The translations under genes and the position numbers were made by a program. DNA of 54,765 bases from Bdellovibrionales bacterium (GTDB lineage Bacteria; Bdellovibrionota; Bdellovibrionia; Bdellovibrionales; JAGQZY01), in the NCBI GenBank assembly GCA_031426555.1, contig JANPLN010000045.1:1-54765 (forward strand), read 5' to 3'. This document shows, piece by piece, positions 1-9,732 of the stretch. Below the pieces are notes generated by a model, which saw nothing but the letters and a program-made list of their open reading frames with translations, made no database searches and was not told the DNA's origin. Numbering within the stretch: the stretch's first letter is position 1; every line of letters starts with the position of its first letter.

Positions 1-2
1 AC

Positions 3-392
3 CAAAACCCAACTTCCAACGAAATGTACATAGAGGACTTGGCTTTGGCAGTTGTCTAACCCGTTCCGACCGAATTCAAACCAGCTCCCATCGATTTTTC
101 TTCGCAAATTAATTTTAAGACAGCGATTTTGGTAGGACACAGTCCTTCGGAAAATTACAATCTGATCGAGGCTCCCTGTGAGCTAAACCCTTCAGATTCA
201 GCCGCCAATTTTATCGTCGGTATTGCCTGTAACAGCCAGCCAGGAATGTCCGGAAGCCCTATTTTTGCTCCATTAGAGGCGGGTGGGGGAGTCGTAGGAA
301 TTACGATTACGGGACGAGATAATTACAGTTTCTATTCTCGCCCATCCAATCATCTATGGGTCCGTGCATATTTAGAGCGTAATAAAGAATAG
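3..392 (+). pseudogene. 3' part of a trypsin-like (S1) serine protease gene with an in-frame TAA at 57-59 (5'-truncated by the window)
   Basis: The frame from nt 3 reads ...YIEDLALAVV*PVPTEFKPAPID...CNSQPGMSGSPIF...VVGI. The DLAL (catalytic Asp) and GMSGSP (catalytic Ser) motifs are in the same frame, separated by TAA. Confidence 0.6.
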
Positions 393-394
393 GT

Positions 395-643
395 TTATTT
401 ATCGTTATCGCGGGGGTCCCAACCGGTTTCGTCTCTCCACGTAAAAAGCTGCTCCACTTTTTCGCGCGCCCAAAGGGTTTTTCTTAAGAACGTTGAACTC
501 GACTTCACCGAAGGGTCGTGAGTAAAACAACGAATATTTATTTTCTCACCCAGTCGTTCCCAGCCGTAATTTTCAACAAGTTTCACGACCATCATTTCCA
601 GCGTAATTCCCTCCGCAGGGTATTTGTTTTTTCGAGGTTTCAT
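395..643 (-). CDS. VF530/DUF2132 family small DNA-binding protein
   Basis: [51 protein letters not shown] matches the family pattern. Confidence 0.85.
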   Translation of the reverse strand: [82 protein letters not shown]

Positions 644-761
644 GGCGACTCCTGGGCAAAAGAACTCAAACAGACTAAAGTTAGGAAATACAGTCTGTAG
701 TCGAGGTTGCTTATTTATTCAACGGAAACTTCCGATAGTGTGTATATAGAGGAATATATTT

Positions 762-2462
762 TTGGCAGCACTTAAAAGCTTTCCACAAATTCTTGTCGAT
801 GCTTCCGTACTCAATCCACAACAGTTGAGTCAGGTGCAGGTGCGCCTTCCGCAGTTTGCCAATCGAATTTCAAGTACAGTCATCAGCATGGGCTTTACCG
901 ACAGTCACACCATTGCGCGACTGATTGCCGAAAACTACAGTCTACCTTTGGTGGATGTAGCTTCTGTGAATATTCAAAAGCCGCTCACGCAATTTGTAAA
1001 ACGCTCCTTTTGTGATAAATTTTTTGTAGTGCCGCTGATCAAAACCGAAAAAGGCATCACCATGGCTTTTGCAGATCCAAATTCCCTGCATCTAAAAGCC
1101 AATATGGAATCCATCCTCGGCTGCCGGATCGATCTTGTGGTCGCCCGTGAAGAAGAAATCAAAGCCGCCCTCGAAAAGCACTACGAATCAGCGCCGCAAA
1201 TGACAAGGACGAACATCGAGGTTCCTCAGCAACACACGCGTTCTTCGATCCAGCAAACCCCCACGCGCAGTATCACGTTGCAAGGCGATGAAAATTCCGT
1301 TCAGTTTATCGACAAAGTTATTAGCGAAGCCATTGCGCAAAAAGCTTCGGACATTCACCTCGAGCAGTTCGAAGTTCGTTTTCGGGTGCGCTTTCGTATC
1401 GATGGTCAGATGGTCGAGATGCTCAATATCCCTGGCCTTAATGCCACCGAAGTGGTGAGTCGTATTAAGGTGATGTCGCAGATGGATGTATCGGAAAAGC
1501 GCCATCCTCAAGACGGGCGATTGAAATTTAAATACAAGGACGAACACTTCGACATGCGCGTAAGCGTGATGCCCACACTTTTTGGCGAAAAAATTGTCAT
1601 TCGTATTATCGACAAAAAAAATCTCAATCAAAATTTAAGCATGTTGGGAATGACGCCCATTCAGATGAAAATTTTTAAGAAATGTCTGTCAAAATCCCAA
1701 GGGATGGTTTTAGTAACGGGGCCAACGGGGAGTGGAAAAACCACAACGTTGTATTCGGGATTGCTCGAGCTCAACGCCATTTCAAAAAATATTTCCACCG
1801 CCGAGGATCCAGTGGAATTTAATCTGGACGGGATCAATCAAGTTCAAGTCAACAGCGAGATTGGATTTACTTTCGCCGAGGCTCTACGCGCATTTTTGCG
1901 TCAAGACCCCGATGTCATCATGGTGGGAGAGATTCGCGATTTAGAAACAGCGGCAATTTCCTACAAGGCAGCGTCCACTGGGCACCTTGTATTGAGCACC
2001 TTACACACCAACGATGCGATTTCGGCTGTCAGTCGCCTGATAGATATGGGCGTGCCTAAATTTTTAGTGGCCGAGACGACGTCGCTTGTTGTGGCGCAAA
2101 GACTTATTAAAAAATTATGTGTTCACTGTCGCGTTCCTAAAACGCCGTCACCACAGTATCTGTTGGATCTTGGAGTTTCCGAGGCCGATTTAGAGCTTTA
2201 CGAAAAAATCTTCGAAGAGCGAGGTTGCCAAGCGTGCAACAACACTGGCTATAAAGGTCGTGTTGCCATCCACGAGCTGTTGGAAATGACCACCGAAATT
2301 CGCGAAGCGATCAATAAGAGTGTTTCCACCCACGATATCAAGGTGCGTGCCTTGGAGACGGGATTTTTAACCCTTCGAATGCAAGCCTTGGCAAAACTTC
2401 GCGATGGCATCGTTTCGCTCCAAGAGGTCGTCAACTCGACGTTATCAGATAAGGACTCGTAG
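762..2462 (+). CDS. pilB: Type IV pilus/T2SS assembly ATPase (PilB/GspE family)
   Basis: ASDIHLE, Walker A GPTGSGKT, EDPVE, LRQDPDVIMVGEIRD, HLVLSTLHTND, Zn motif CVHC...CQAC. RBS GAGGA precedes the TTG start. Confidence 0.85.
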   Translation: MAALKSFPQILVDASVLNPQQLSQVQVRLPQFANRISSTVISMGFTDSHTIARLIAENYSLPLVDVASVNIQKPLTQFVKRSFCDKFFVVPLIKTEKGITMAFADPNSLHLKANMESILGCRIDLVVAREEEIKAALEKHYESAPQMTRTNIEVPQQHTRSSIQQTPTRSITLQGDENSVQFIDKVISEAIAQKASDIHLEQFEVRFRVRFRIDGQMVEMLNIPGLNATEVVSRIKVMSQMDVSEKRHPQDGRLKFKYKDEHFDMRVSVMPTLFGEKIVIRIIDKKNLNQNLSMLGMTPIQMKIFKKCLSKSQGMVLVTGPTGSGKTTTLYSGLLELNAISKNISTAEDPVEFNLDGINQVQVNSEIGFTFAEALRAFLRQDPDVIMVGEIRDLETAAISYKAASTGHLVLSTLHTNDAISAVSRLIDMGVPKFLVAETTSLVVAQRLIKKLCVHCRVPKTPSPQYLLDLGVSEADLELYEKIFEERGCQACNNTGYKGRVAIHELLEMTTEIREAINKSVSTHDIKVRALETGFLTLRMQALAKLRDGIVSLQEVVNSTLSDKDS

Positions 2463-2578
2463 AGAGTCCTTATTTTTCGGACAAAGACTCTGCAATTACT
2501 AAACTAAGGGCTCGTTCATTTTGAGACACTTCTTCCGATAAGTAGGATGAACCGCAAGAGGCAGTTCAAGGAGGCTCC

Positions 2579-3004
2579 ATGGATAAGGTAGCAGGACTTC
2601 AATTTATAAACGCGCCCGTCCCGGCAACAACAACACCGTTTTCGTCACTCGAACGCAATCCCATGATTCGCGGTCATCATTCTTCCATCAGCAAGGCTGT
2701 GGGTGCCCACAGACAAATGGTTGAAGAGCGCCAATCACGAAACGCGACACGCAGAGAGGCGGCAGGTATTACGCAATTCGGAAACACTAACGACACGGTT
2801 ATCGCGCAACAGGTCAGCGGCGATGGTCTTGCTTCAGACGTTGCAGACAGTGAAGACTACTCAATGTTTGAAAACTCATTGATTGAGTTGCCTTCAACAC
2901 AGGCAAAAATGGCGAGCATACAATCTTTTCAATCGTCAGAACCCGATCGCCCGGTGATCGGCGAGCCCGTCCCCAAAGGCAGCTATCTCGACGTGGAAGT
3001 TTGA
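2579..3004 (+). CDS. Hypothetical protein
   Basis: Strong RBS AAGGAGG before the ATG and TCCGATAA upstream. C-terminus KGSYLDVEV. No family recognised. Confidence 0.7.
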   Translation: MDKVAGLQFINAPVPATTTPFSSLERNPMIRGHHSSISKAVGAHRQMVEERQSRNATRREAAGITQFGNTNDTVIAQQVSGDGLASDVADSEDYSMFENSLIELPSTQAKMASIQSFQSSEPDRPVIGEPVPKGSYLDVEV

Positions 3005-3960
3005 GACGAGTTTTCGTCGAAAACTTTTTCCACGGTAAAACCAAATTCCTCCAACGAGGAAATCTTATAGACTCCTTGCAGACGCCAGGAGTTTTTTTGT
3101 TTTTGTGTTACAACAATAAAATCCACCGTCAATTGGATCAATCGGCGTATGGCGCTCAAGCTCCACTGCGAAGCCCCCATTTGCACCAACATTTCTAACC
3201 GAAGCAATGCCTCATTTGCCGAACCGGCATGTAAACTGGTCATGGAGCCTGCGTGGCCTGTGGAAAGAGCCATGAGCAAATCTTTGGCTTCGCCCGAACG
3301 AACCTCACCCACAATCAACCGATCCGGCCGCATTCGCAGGGATTGTCGAAGGAGATCCGACTGCGTCAGCTCGCGCAAGTTGCCTTGGTAGTCTTTCCGG
3401 GTGAGCAGTTTGCTACTAAACGGGTTGGCGCAAAGAAGTTCTGGAGTGTCTTCGATAAACACACAGCGATCGTTGGGAGCCTCGGCCACCAGAGTATTAA
3501 GCAAAGTTGTTTTACCGCTGCCAGTTCCGCCCACTACGATGATATTTTTTTTATTGCGCACACTGTTTTTTAAAAACTCCGTAGACTTTGAATCACACCA
3601 GCCCTTGGCTTGCAGGTCCTCCAGCCGAATAGAGCTTTGTCGCAAGCGGCGAAGGGTAAGGCAAACTACTTGCGAAATAGGAGGGGCACAAATATGCACG
3701 CGAAAATGCTTCCATTGGCCGTCGGTGTGGGGGTGTTCGTAGTTGTATTGAATGCCAGCCTCGTCGCACAGTTGGTGCAAAAAATTTTGATGATGAAGCG
3801 GGGATTCGAAACAGAGCGGCGCTTTGGTAAAGACTCCGCCCTTTTCAAACCAGATTTCATTGAGGTTTAATATCAGAATTTCGGTGATGTCTAAATCCAG
3901 CCAAAATTCTTGCAAAAACGCTCCGTAGTTCGTGATTGGCTGAATCGCTGAAGTATTCAT
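2983..3960 (-). CDS. cpaF: Tad/Flp pilus assembly ATPase CpaF/TadA
   Basis: Walker A GGTGSGKTT, IEDTPEL, SLRMRPDRLIVGEVR, TGHAGSMTSLHA. 4-nt overlap with the secretin gene. Confidence 0.9.
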   Translation of the reverse strand: MNTSAIQPITNYGAFLQEFWLDLDITEILILNLNEIWFEKGGVFTKAPLCFESPLHHQNFLHQLCDEAGIQYNYEHPHTDGQWKHFRVHICAPPISQVVCLTLRRLRQSSIRLEDLQAKGWCDSKSTEFLKNSVRNKKNIIVVGGTGSGKTTLLNTLVAEAPNDRCVFIEDTPELLCANPFSSKLLTRKDYQGNLRELTQSDLLRQSLRMRPDRLIVGEVRSGEAKDLLMALSTGHAGSMTSLHAGSANEALLRLEMLVQMGASQWSLSAIRRLIQLTVDFIVVTQKQKNSWRLQGVYKISSLEEFGFTVEKVFDENSSQTSTSR

Positions 3961-5189
3961 TGAATAACTCGCGGAGTGACAAAAAAGACCAACTCCGATT
4001 GATTGTTTTGGTAACTCTCGCTGCTAAACAGAGGACTCAGTATGGGAATCTTGAGCAAGCCGGGGAGACCGGTCTTGGTATTTCGCCATTCATCCTTGAT
4101 TAAGCCCGACAGCACCATGGTTTTCGATTCTTCCAAGTTCAGATGACTCGTCACTCGGTGCACGATGAGACCGGGAACGCCAGCGTCGTCCTCACGGGTG
4201 TCTAGCGTAGAAAATTCGCAGTCAATTTTGAGATCCATTTTTCCATGGCGATCGGCTTGCGGTTTAATCTTTAGTATCAGTCCGTATTTTTTCCACACCA
4301 CGCTGGATTGAAACTGATTCATGGCTTTAATGGGAAATTCGCCGCCAGAGTGGAAGGTGGCTTCTTCGCCCGACTGCGAAACCAAGGTGGGTTTGGCAAG
4401 GATGCGCCCTTTGCCAATTTCTTCCAGGTGATGAATGGTCGCCATCACAGACGCTTGCGGACTGTTAAATTGCGGCAATGCTTGAAAAGCGGTGGAGGAG
4501 GGCCACTGAATTCCAAAACGATTGATCTCGCTTCGTTGCACTTCTGCGGCAATGATCGACACCTCAATCATAGGAATGGATTTTATGGCAAGTGACGAGT
4601 CGTGAATTTGGATTCCGTAAGAATTGAGGATGCGGTTGTAGTTTTTTAATTCCTCCACGGTGGTTTTTCCCAGCGTCAAAGTCCAAGAAGGTTCTGTGGC
4701 AAAGTACGAAAACGAGAGATTGTTTTTTTCGAGCAAATTTTTTAGACGTTTTTCGATTTGCTTTTGGATATCCGCATCTATTTTTGCTGTTATGACAAAC
4801 TCATCGTCGTCGCTCACAAACTGCGAGAGCAGGTCCCAATCTTCAAAAATCAAAAACTGTCCTTGAATTTGCAATCGATGGTTTTCAATGGAAAGCTCAG
4901 GTCCCCTTTTTTCGGCAAGCCACGACTGCAATTTTTGATAAGTGCGAAAAGTTTTGGCGCGCACAACCCAAACTTCATAGGTTTGCTGGGCCACCTTGAG
5001 TTCTACCTGTCCTATTTGTTTTCCGATGATTTGGAGTTTTCGTCCCTTTTCCGCCAGCCGAACAACAGTATTTTTTGCCAAGGACACCGTCTGGTTTTTG
5101 GCCAAAGGAATCTCGGTGCTTGTGCCCGGGCTGAGGATGATGGTTTTAGCAAAACAAAACTGCAAAAGGAGATATGTAATGATTGTCAT
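3957..5189 (-). CDS. cpaC: Tad secretin CpaC/RcpA
   Basis: Signal peptide; ILAKPTLVSQSGEEATFHSGGEFPI, YGLILKIKP, LSGLI, GLPGLLKIPILSPLF, ELVFFVTPRV secretin motifs. Confidence 0.85.
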   Translation of the reverse strand: MTIITYLLLQFCFAKTIILSPGTSTEIPLAKNQTVSLAKNTVVRLAEKGRKLQIIGKQIGQVELKVAQQTYEVWVVRAKTFRTYQKLQSWLAEKRGPELSIENHRLQIQGQFLIFEDWDLLSQFVSDDDEFVITAKIDADIQKQIEKRLKNLLEKNNLSFSYFATEPSWTLTLGKTTVEELKNYNRILNSYGIQIHDSSLAIKSIPMIEVSIIAAEVQRSEINRFGIQWPSSTAFQALPQFNSPQASVMATIHHLEEIGKGRILAKPTLVSQSGEEATFHSGGEFPIKAMNQFQSSVVWKKYGLILKIKPQADRHGKMDLKIDCEFSTLDTREDDAGVPGLIVHRVTSHLNLEESKTMVLSGLIKDEWRNTKTGLPGLLKIPILSPLFSSESYQNNQSELVFFVTPRVIQ

Positions 5190-5293
5190 ACGGATGAGTG
5201 ATGCAAACTTAAGACGTCAAAAGGTAATTCGTCGTTGCCGGACACATTCCATTGGTCCGGGATACGTTTTCTCGTCCGGAGAAGGCCGTCCGC

Positions 5294-6361
5294 TTATTTG
5301 AGGAGAGAGAACTTTAACGAAAATTTCTTATCTTTTGCAGAAATTTCAAGCTCGCCACCCATGGACTGCACAAGGGAACTGACAATGGCCAAACCCAGGC
5401 CCGTGCCTTGCGTGTGGTTCATAATTTTTTCGTTTTTGGTAAACGCCGAAATCAAACTTTGTGGTTCAACAAGCAAGGGTTGAGACAATGTATTCGTAAT
5501 CGAAACGTTATATTTCTTGCTATCAGTGGTTAAAGCAAAAATCACATCGCTGTCGGCAGGTGCATACTGAAAGCAATTGGTAAATACACGTCTTAATATT
5601 TCTGTTAAAAACGACTCGGACGTTAAAATAGAGTTTTCTTGCACTTTTAAAACAAGATTGAGCTTTTTCCCTTTTTCCGAAGCGCTTTTCCACACTTTTT
5701 TAGCCGAGGCTTCAATATCCACCGCTGTGTATTCTTGTTTGGGGCTATCAGTTTTGAGTCGGGTAATAAACAAAATATCTTCGATGAGTTTTTGCAAACG
5801 CTTCGTGTTTTTATCGATATGCTCTAGATACTTTTTTTGATCCGTATTTTTGATTTCTTCTTTTAAAAGCTCCAAAAAACTTGTAATGCCGGTGAGGGGC
5901 GTTCGCAATTCGTGAGTCACAAGCACCATAAAATCAGTTTTCAGTTTGTCGAGGTTTTTGAGAATTTCGTTTTGTTTTTGCAGCTCGATCCGCAAAAGAT
6001 AAGTTTCGTATGCCTTATCGATGGTCATGAGAAGATCGTTGGGCTCCCACGGTTTAGTGAGGTAGCGATAAATTTGCCCCTCGTTGATGGCGGCGATGAC
6101 CGATTCTAAATCGGTGTAACCGGTGAGTAGCAAGCGCATGGAGTTTGGCGACAGTTGAATGGATTTTTTTAGTAGCTCCACGCCTGTGATCAATGGCATC
6201 CGTTGATCGCTAATGATCAGCGCCGGCTGAATTTTTTCGATCAGATTCAAACCCTCTTGTGGCTGGGTGGTGGTGTGAATCTGATATTTTTTCCGCAGCA
6301 AACGCTCGATGGCTTCGTTGTTGTGGGCCTCGTCGTCGATACAAATCAAAGTTGGTAACAT
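5294..6361 (-). CDS. Hybrid receiver-histidine kinase (REC-HisKA-HATPase)
   Basis: ICIDDE, IISDQRMP, LTKPW receiver motifs; THELRTPLT H-box; GTGLGLAIV G2 box. Confidence 0.9.
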   Translation of the reverse strand: MLPTLICIDDEAHNNEAIERLLRKKYQIHTTTQPQEGLNLIEKIQPALIISDQRMPLITGVELLKKSIQLSPNSMRLLLTGYTDLESVIAAINEGQIYRYLTKPWEPNDLLMTIDKAYETYLLRIELQKQNEILKNLDKLKTDFMVLVTHELRTPLTGITSFLELLKEEIKNTDQKKYLEHIDKNTKRLQKLIEDILFITRLKTDSPKQEYTAVDIEASAKKVWKSASEKGKKLNLVLKVQENSILTSESFLTEILRRVFTNCFQYAPADSDVIFALTTDSKKYNVSITNTLSQPLLVEPQSLISAFTKNEKIMNHTQGTGLGLAIVSSLVQSMGGELEISAKDKKFSLKFSLLK

Positions 6362-6468
6362 CGTACAATTATAAATCTATTTTTTCGCGCAGAGAACGAC
6401 TCCGCAACAAACCAGCCTCGCCCTAGGGCTAGGGACACATCGAAGCAAGGATTATCAGGTTTCCCGTT

Positions 6469-6496
6469 TCAAGTTTCTGGTCAGTAAAGCCGAAAA
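6469..6496 (+). promoter_or_regulatory. Sigma28 (FliA)-like promoter for the 6529 gene
   Basis: TCAAGTTT-N12-GCCGAAAA versus the consensus TAAAGTTT-N11-GCCGATAA. Confidence 0.55.
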
Positions 6497-6528
6497 TACG
6501 GTTGGTAGGATAGGTCTACTGGAGAACT

Positions 6529-8133
6529 ATGATCGTTAAATCGCTGGCTCTTATAATATTTTTTCCTGCAATGGCATTGGGATTTTGTCCCTATCCTCAG
6601 CAGAACTTTCCCACAGAGCCGCAAGACGAACAGCACTCTCTCGGAGTTCAAGTTCGCGAAATCAAAACAGCTCGTACTAACCTTGAACGACAAATGCCGC
6701 AACTCAACTCGGAAATCTCGCGCACACGCGGCAGTATTAATTACTACTTAAGAGCCCCCTGGGCCGATGCCGTTATCGCTCACATGGATAACGGGTTTGA
6801 TTGTTGCGATGGCACGCGCCGCACAGCTAAACTCAATATTAACAACGATCGACGTCCCGCAGGCGGAGACAATATCGACACTCCCGTCACTGGAGGCGGT
6901 TCCGAGGTTGTTGATCCGTTACCCTATTACGACGACCCACCACCAGCGCAGCCCAACTATCCCGAGCCTGCGCAAGATCAGTATCCTGGTCAAGGTTCTG
7001 GCAACGACTCCTCGTGCAATGGCTACTCTGGCGATTTTTGCCAACCTCATTGGGGACGAAACGAAAGCCCCTCGAACGGCGGACTGTGTTTGCAAACGGG
7101 ATTTGCTGCCACCAACGCGTGGTACAACGCCTCCTGCCGTAGCGGGGGACGCGTCAATCCCGGAATTTGCGGAGATGCTCGCATTAGTAAATATCCCAAC
7201 GACTACGAACAGTGTGTGCAAATTTTAAATGAATACTATCGATTGTCGCGCACCAAGCGCCGCATGAGTGGCCAGATTCAGGCGTACAACGAACAAGTTC
7301 GCAATCTCAATCAAGGGCGCCGGCAAAATTTTGGTGCGGCCGTGGGTAATTTTTTACGAGCGGCGGGTCCGTTTTTATTAATGTATGCCATCTCACAACA
7401 ATCCCAGTCGTCGGTGCGTGAGCAGTATCAAAGTTATCGCCCGAGCTATGCGGGAACGGTGGGATCCATCGGACAACCCAATTCTTTGTCGGGTCGCTAC
7501 AGTGGAGGTTCAACCTCTCAGCCTCCGAATTTTTATGGGTCTGATTATGGTCATCCCTATAATTCCGGTGGAATGATGGGTCAACTCCTTCCAGCCATGA
7601 TGTCGGGTGGCTTTGGCTGTTCTGAAAGTTCGGGGTCAGGCCTTGCTTCGGTTCTACCGCTTTTGATGGGCGGAACTCTCGGTGGAAACATTGGAATGAC
7701 ACCGTATCAGCCTGGTGGATTGAGCGGTGGAGTGCGTGGGGGCGTTTCGGGTTATTCATCTCAGGGTGGATACGACCAAGGCAACGGATGGACCGGTCCT
7801 GCGCGTCCGTCTGGTTCGGGTCCTTCGGGAAATTATCTCGGACAAGAGCGCAACGCTGTTTTTTATGACATGATGGGTGGCGCTCGCCAACGAATTTGGA
7901 ACAATCAACTTGAGACGCAACAAAACGCATCCATTCTTTCAGGCACAGGAGGTTTGCCCAATTTAAGTGGAAATTTTAATCTCAATGCGGGTATGGGAGC
8001 ACAACCTCAACTCGGCCAACAAAACACTCAGTATACTCCTGGGATGGATTCTTTTGGTTTAATTCAATCTCTGCTCATGGGTGGTTCCACCAAGGCCACT
8101 TTCAATCTTCAGTCTGTGCCTCCAGGATTTTGA
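6529..8133 (+). CDS. Secreted Cys-containing, Gly/Gln/Ser-rich hypothetical protein
   Basis: RBS GGAG; signal peptide MIVKSLALIIFFPAMALG; Cys-rich N-terminal half and low-complexity Gly-rich C-terminal half. Confidence 0.8.
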   Translation: MIVKSLALIIFFPAMALGFCPYPQQNFPTEPQDEQHSLGVQVREIKTARTNLERQMPQLNSEISRTRGSINYYLRAPWADAVIAHMDNGFDCCDGTRRTAKLNINNDRRPAGGDNIDTPVTGGGSEVVDPLPYYDDPPPAQPNYPEPAQDQYPGQGSGNDSSCNGYSGDFCQPHWGRNESPSNGGLCLQTGFAATNAWYNASCRSGGRVNPGICGDARISKYPNDYEQCVQILNEYYRLSRTKRRMSGQIQAYNEQVRNLNQGRRQNFGAAVGNFLRAAGPFLLMYAISQQSQSSVREQYQSYRPSYAGTVGSIGQPNSLSGRYSGGSTSQPPNFYGSDYGHPYNSGGMMGQLLPAMMSGGFGCSESSGSGLASVLPLLMGGTLGGNIGMTPYQPGGLSGGVRGGVSGYSSQGGYDQGNGWTGPARPSGSGPSGNYLGQERNAVFYDMMGGARQRIWNNQLETQQNASILSGTGGLPNLSGNFNLNAGMGAQPQLGQQNTQYTPGMDSFGLIQSLLMGGSTKATFNLQSVPPGF

Positions 8134-9095
8134 TATAATGTGGTAGTAGGTACAGCTACAGTCTGAGGACGATCCTGATTTTTTAAATGATAAGATAAAA
8201 GTAATGACCCAACGACGGCAGTTCCTAACCACAATCCATTTCGCTGTATCCAAGATCTTTGCTGGGGCTGCGGTGCTTGGGGCATGGTAGGTAATCGCAA
8301 CGACGAATCTATTTTTGCTACTGCTCCGCTATTTGAAGTTTGCGGGGAGGACTTCACGCAGTTTAAAGCAAAAAAAACGGATACGTTTTCGATCCACTTC
8401 AGATTCTCGCTAAGCTGAAAGTCGTTGCAGTCACCTATAACTAGAGGCTGCGGTTGTAAGCTGAGTTGCTCGAGTTCCGAAAGCGTCATAAAGACCGTTT
8501 CAATCTGGTAAGTATCAGAAACAAAAGTAAAGCGAGCCTTTCCAGAGCTGGCCTCGAGGGACAATTGTGCCAAACTAATAAATCGTCCATTGCGTAAAAG
8601 CGCTGAAAATTTTTGTGCAAAAGCAGGCAATACAATCTTTTGGACCACGCTTTGCCGGCGTACAGAGGCGAACTGCGAAATCAAAGGCGGAGGAAAAACA
8701 GACGGGTCCGGTGTCCATTCGCTGTCAAATTGAACAGCTTGTTTGAGCCATTGAGTTTGTCGTGCAGCTTCTTGCTCGATCTGCGCCATTCGCAAAAACG
8801 AAAATAATATAAGTTGTCGTTCACTTTCGGCCCAGTCGCAGCTCCATTTTTTTTCGGTCACGATCAAAAATTGCTGTTTGGCCTTGTCCAAATTTCCATC
8901 CAAAAAAAGAATTTGTGCTTTTTTAAAGTCTTCTAAGATTTGGTTTTTCTCTTCGCATCTTAAAAAATAACCCGATATTTTTTGGAAATCGGAGTTTTGG
9001 TTGTAGACTGTGAATTCTTGTGGGTTGGCCGAAGGCGCTTTTACGAGCCAAGATGCAGACACCAAATTGAGAATTAAAAATAAGTTTATTAACAT
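8109..9095 (-). CDS. Exported hypothetical protein with C-terminal hydrophobic segment, downstream of the Tad pilin genes
   Basis: RBS AGGAG; signal peptide; helical TPR-like stretch; C-terminal WLGTAVVGSLLLSY. Confidence 0.75.
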   Translation of the reverse strand: MLINLFLILNLVSASWLVKAPSANPQEFTVYNQNSDFQKISGYFLRCEEKNQILEDFKKAQILFLDGNLDKAKQQFLIVTEKKWSCDWAESERQLILFSFLRMAQIEQEAARQTQWLKQAVQFDSEWTPDPSVFPPPLISQFASVRRQSVVQKIVLPAFAQKFSALLRNGRFISLAQLSLEASSGKARFTFVSDTYQIETVFMTLSELEQLSLQPQPLVIGDCNDFQLSENLKWIENVSVFFALNCVKSSPQTSNSGAVAKIDSSLRLPTMPQAPQPQQRSWIQRNGLWLGTAVVGSLLLSYHLKNQDRPQTVAVPTTTLYQNPGGTD

Positions 9096-9103
9096 GCTTT
9101 CTC

Positions 9104-9586
9104 CTATTCGTAGACGATGCGCGATTTTCTAAGGGGTATTTTTCTATTTTCAAATAATGTGCCGGTTTGGAATTTAGGATTCTGGACGGATACGGTAAAC
9201 GGTCCTTGATATTGTAAAATGTGCTGGGCCAAGCGGGCCGGGACTAAAACTGCAAAATGACTTGGGTTTTTAGGTGCGCGTAAAATCTTAACCATGGAAG
9301 CGATCTTTTTTCCAGTTTCGGGCTTTGTGGGATCCACGAAAAATAAATCCACCACACCATAGCTTCCGAGGAGAGAGTCCAAAGTCTCGTAATTGGTGAC
9401 TTCGATGGGAACCAGCGACTGTCCCTCGGGAATAAGAATATCAACTCCGTCAGGCGACTCCACGCGAGCAGGGACCTCTTTTTTGGAAGGTGAGTGAACG
9501 CAGGAATAAAGTGCTACGACCACCAAAAAAAAAGCGGAAAATAATATCCTTTCTTTGTGTTGCTTATAGAATTTTTGCCATTTCAT
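9104..9586 (-). CDS. CpaB/RcpC-like Flp pilus assembly protein
   Basis: The ATG at 9586 overlaps the upstream TGA (ATGA). N-terminal TM; LIPEGQSLVPIEV...GVVDLF resembles the RcpC domain; Tad context. Confidence 0.55.
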   Translation of the reverse strand: MKWQKFYKQHKERILFSAFFLVVVALYSCVHSPSKKEVPARVESPDGVDILIPEGQSLVPIEVTNYETLDSLLGSYGVVDLFFVDPTKPETGKKIASMVKILRAPKNPSHFAVLVPARLAQHILQYQGPFTVSVQNPKFQTGTLFENRKIPLRKSRIVYE

Positions 9587-9732
9587 GGCTTTGCCCTTTC
9601 CCATCGCTTGGTAGGTGCTTTGAGGAGTTGCGGCTTTATCTTCATTTCGAACACGAGAACCATGGTCAAAAATAGAAATAGAATCATTAAAGTTTCTATC
9701 AAAATTTGCCCTTGCCAATTTCTGCAATCCAT
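9583..9732 (-). CDS. 49-aa pilin-like (TadE-type) protein
   Basis: RBS AAGGAG then MDCRNWQG|QILIETLMILFLFLTMVLVF: class III signal with G|Q and Glu at +5. Confidence 0.7.
   Translation of the reverse strand: MDCRNWQGQILIETLMILFLFLTMVLVFEMKIKPQLLKAPTKRWERAKP

Noticed and set aside
6400..6465. c-di-GMP-I (GEMM) riboswitch (CAAACC...GGGACAC)
   Set aside because: Lacks the GNRA tetraloop, the following AAAG and a convincing second stem, and lies upstream of the predicted promoter.
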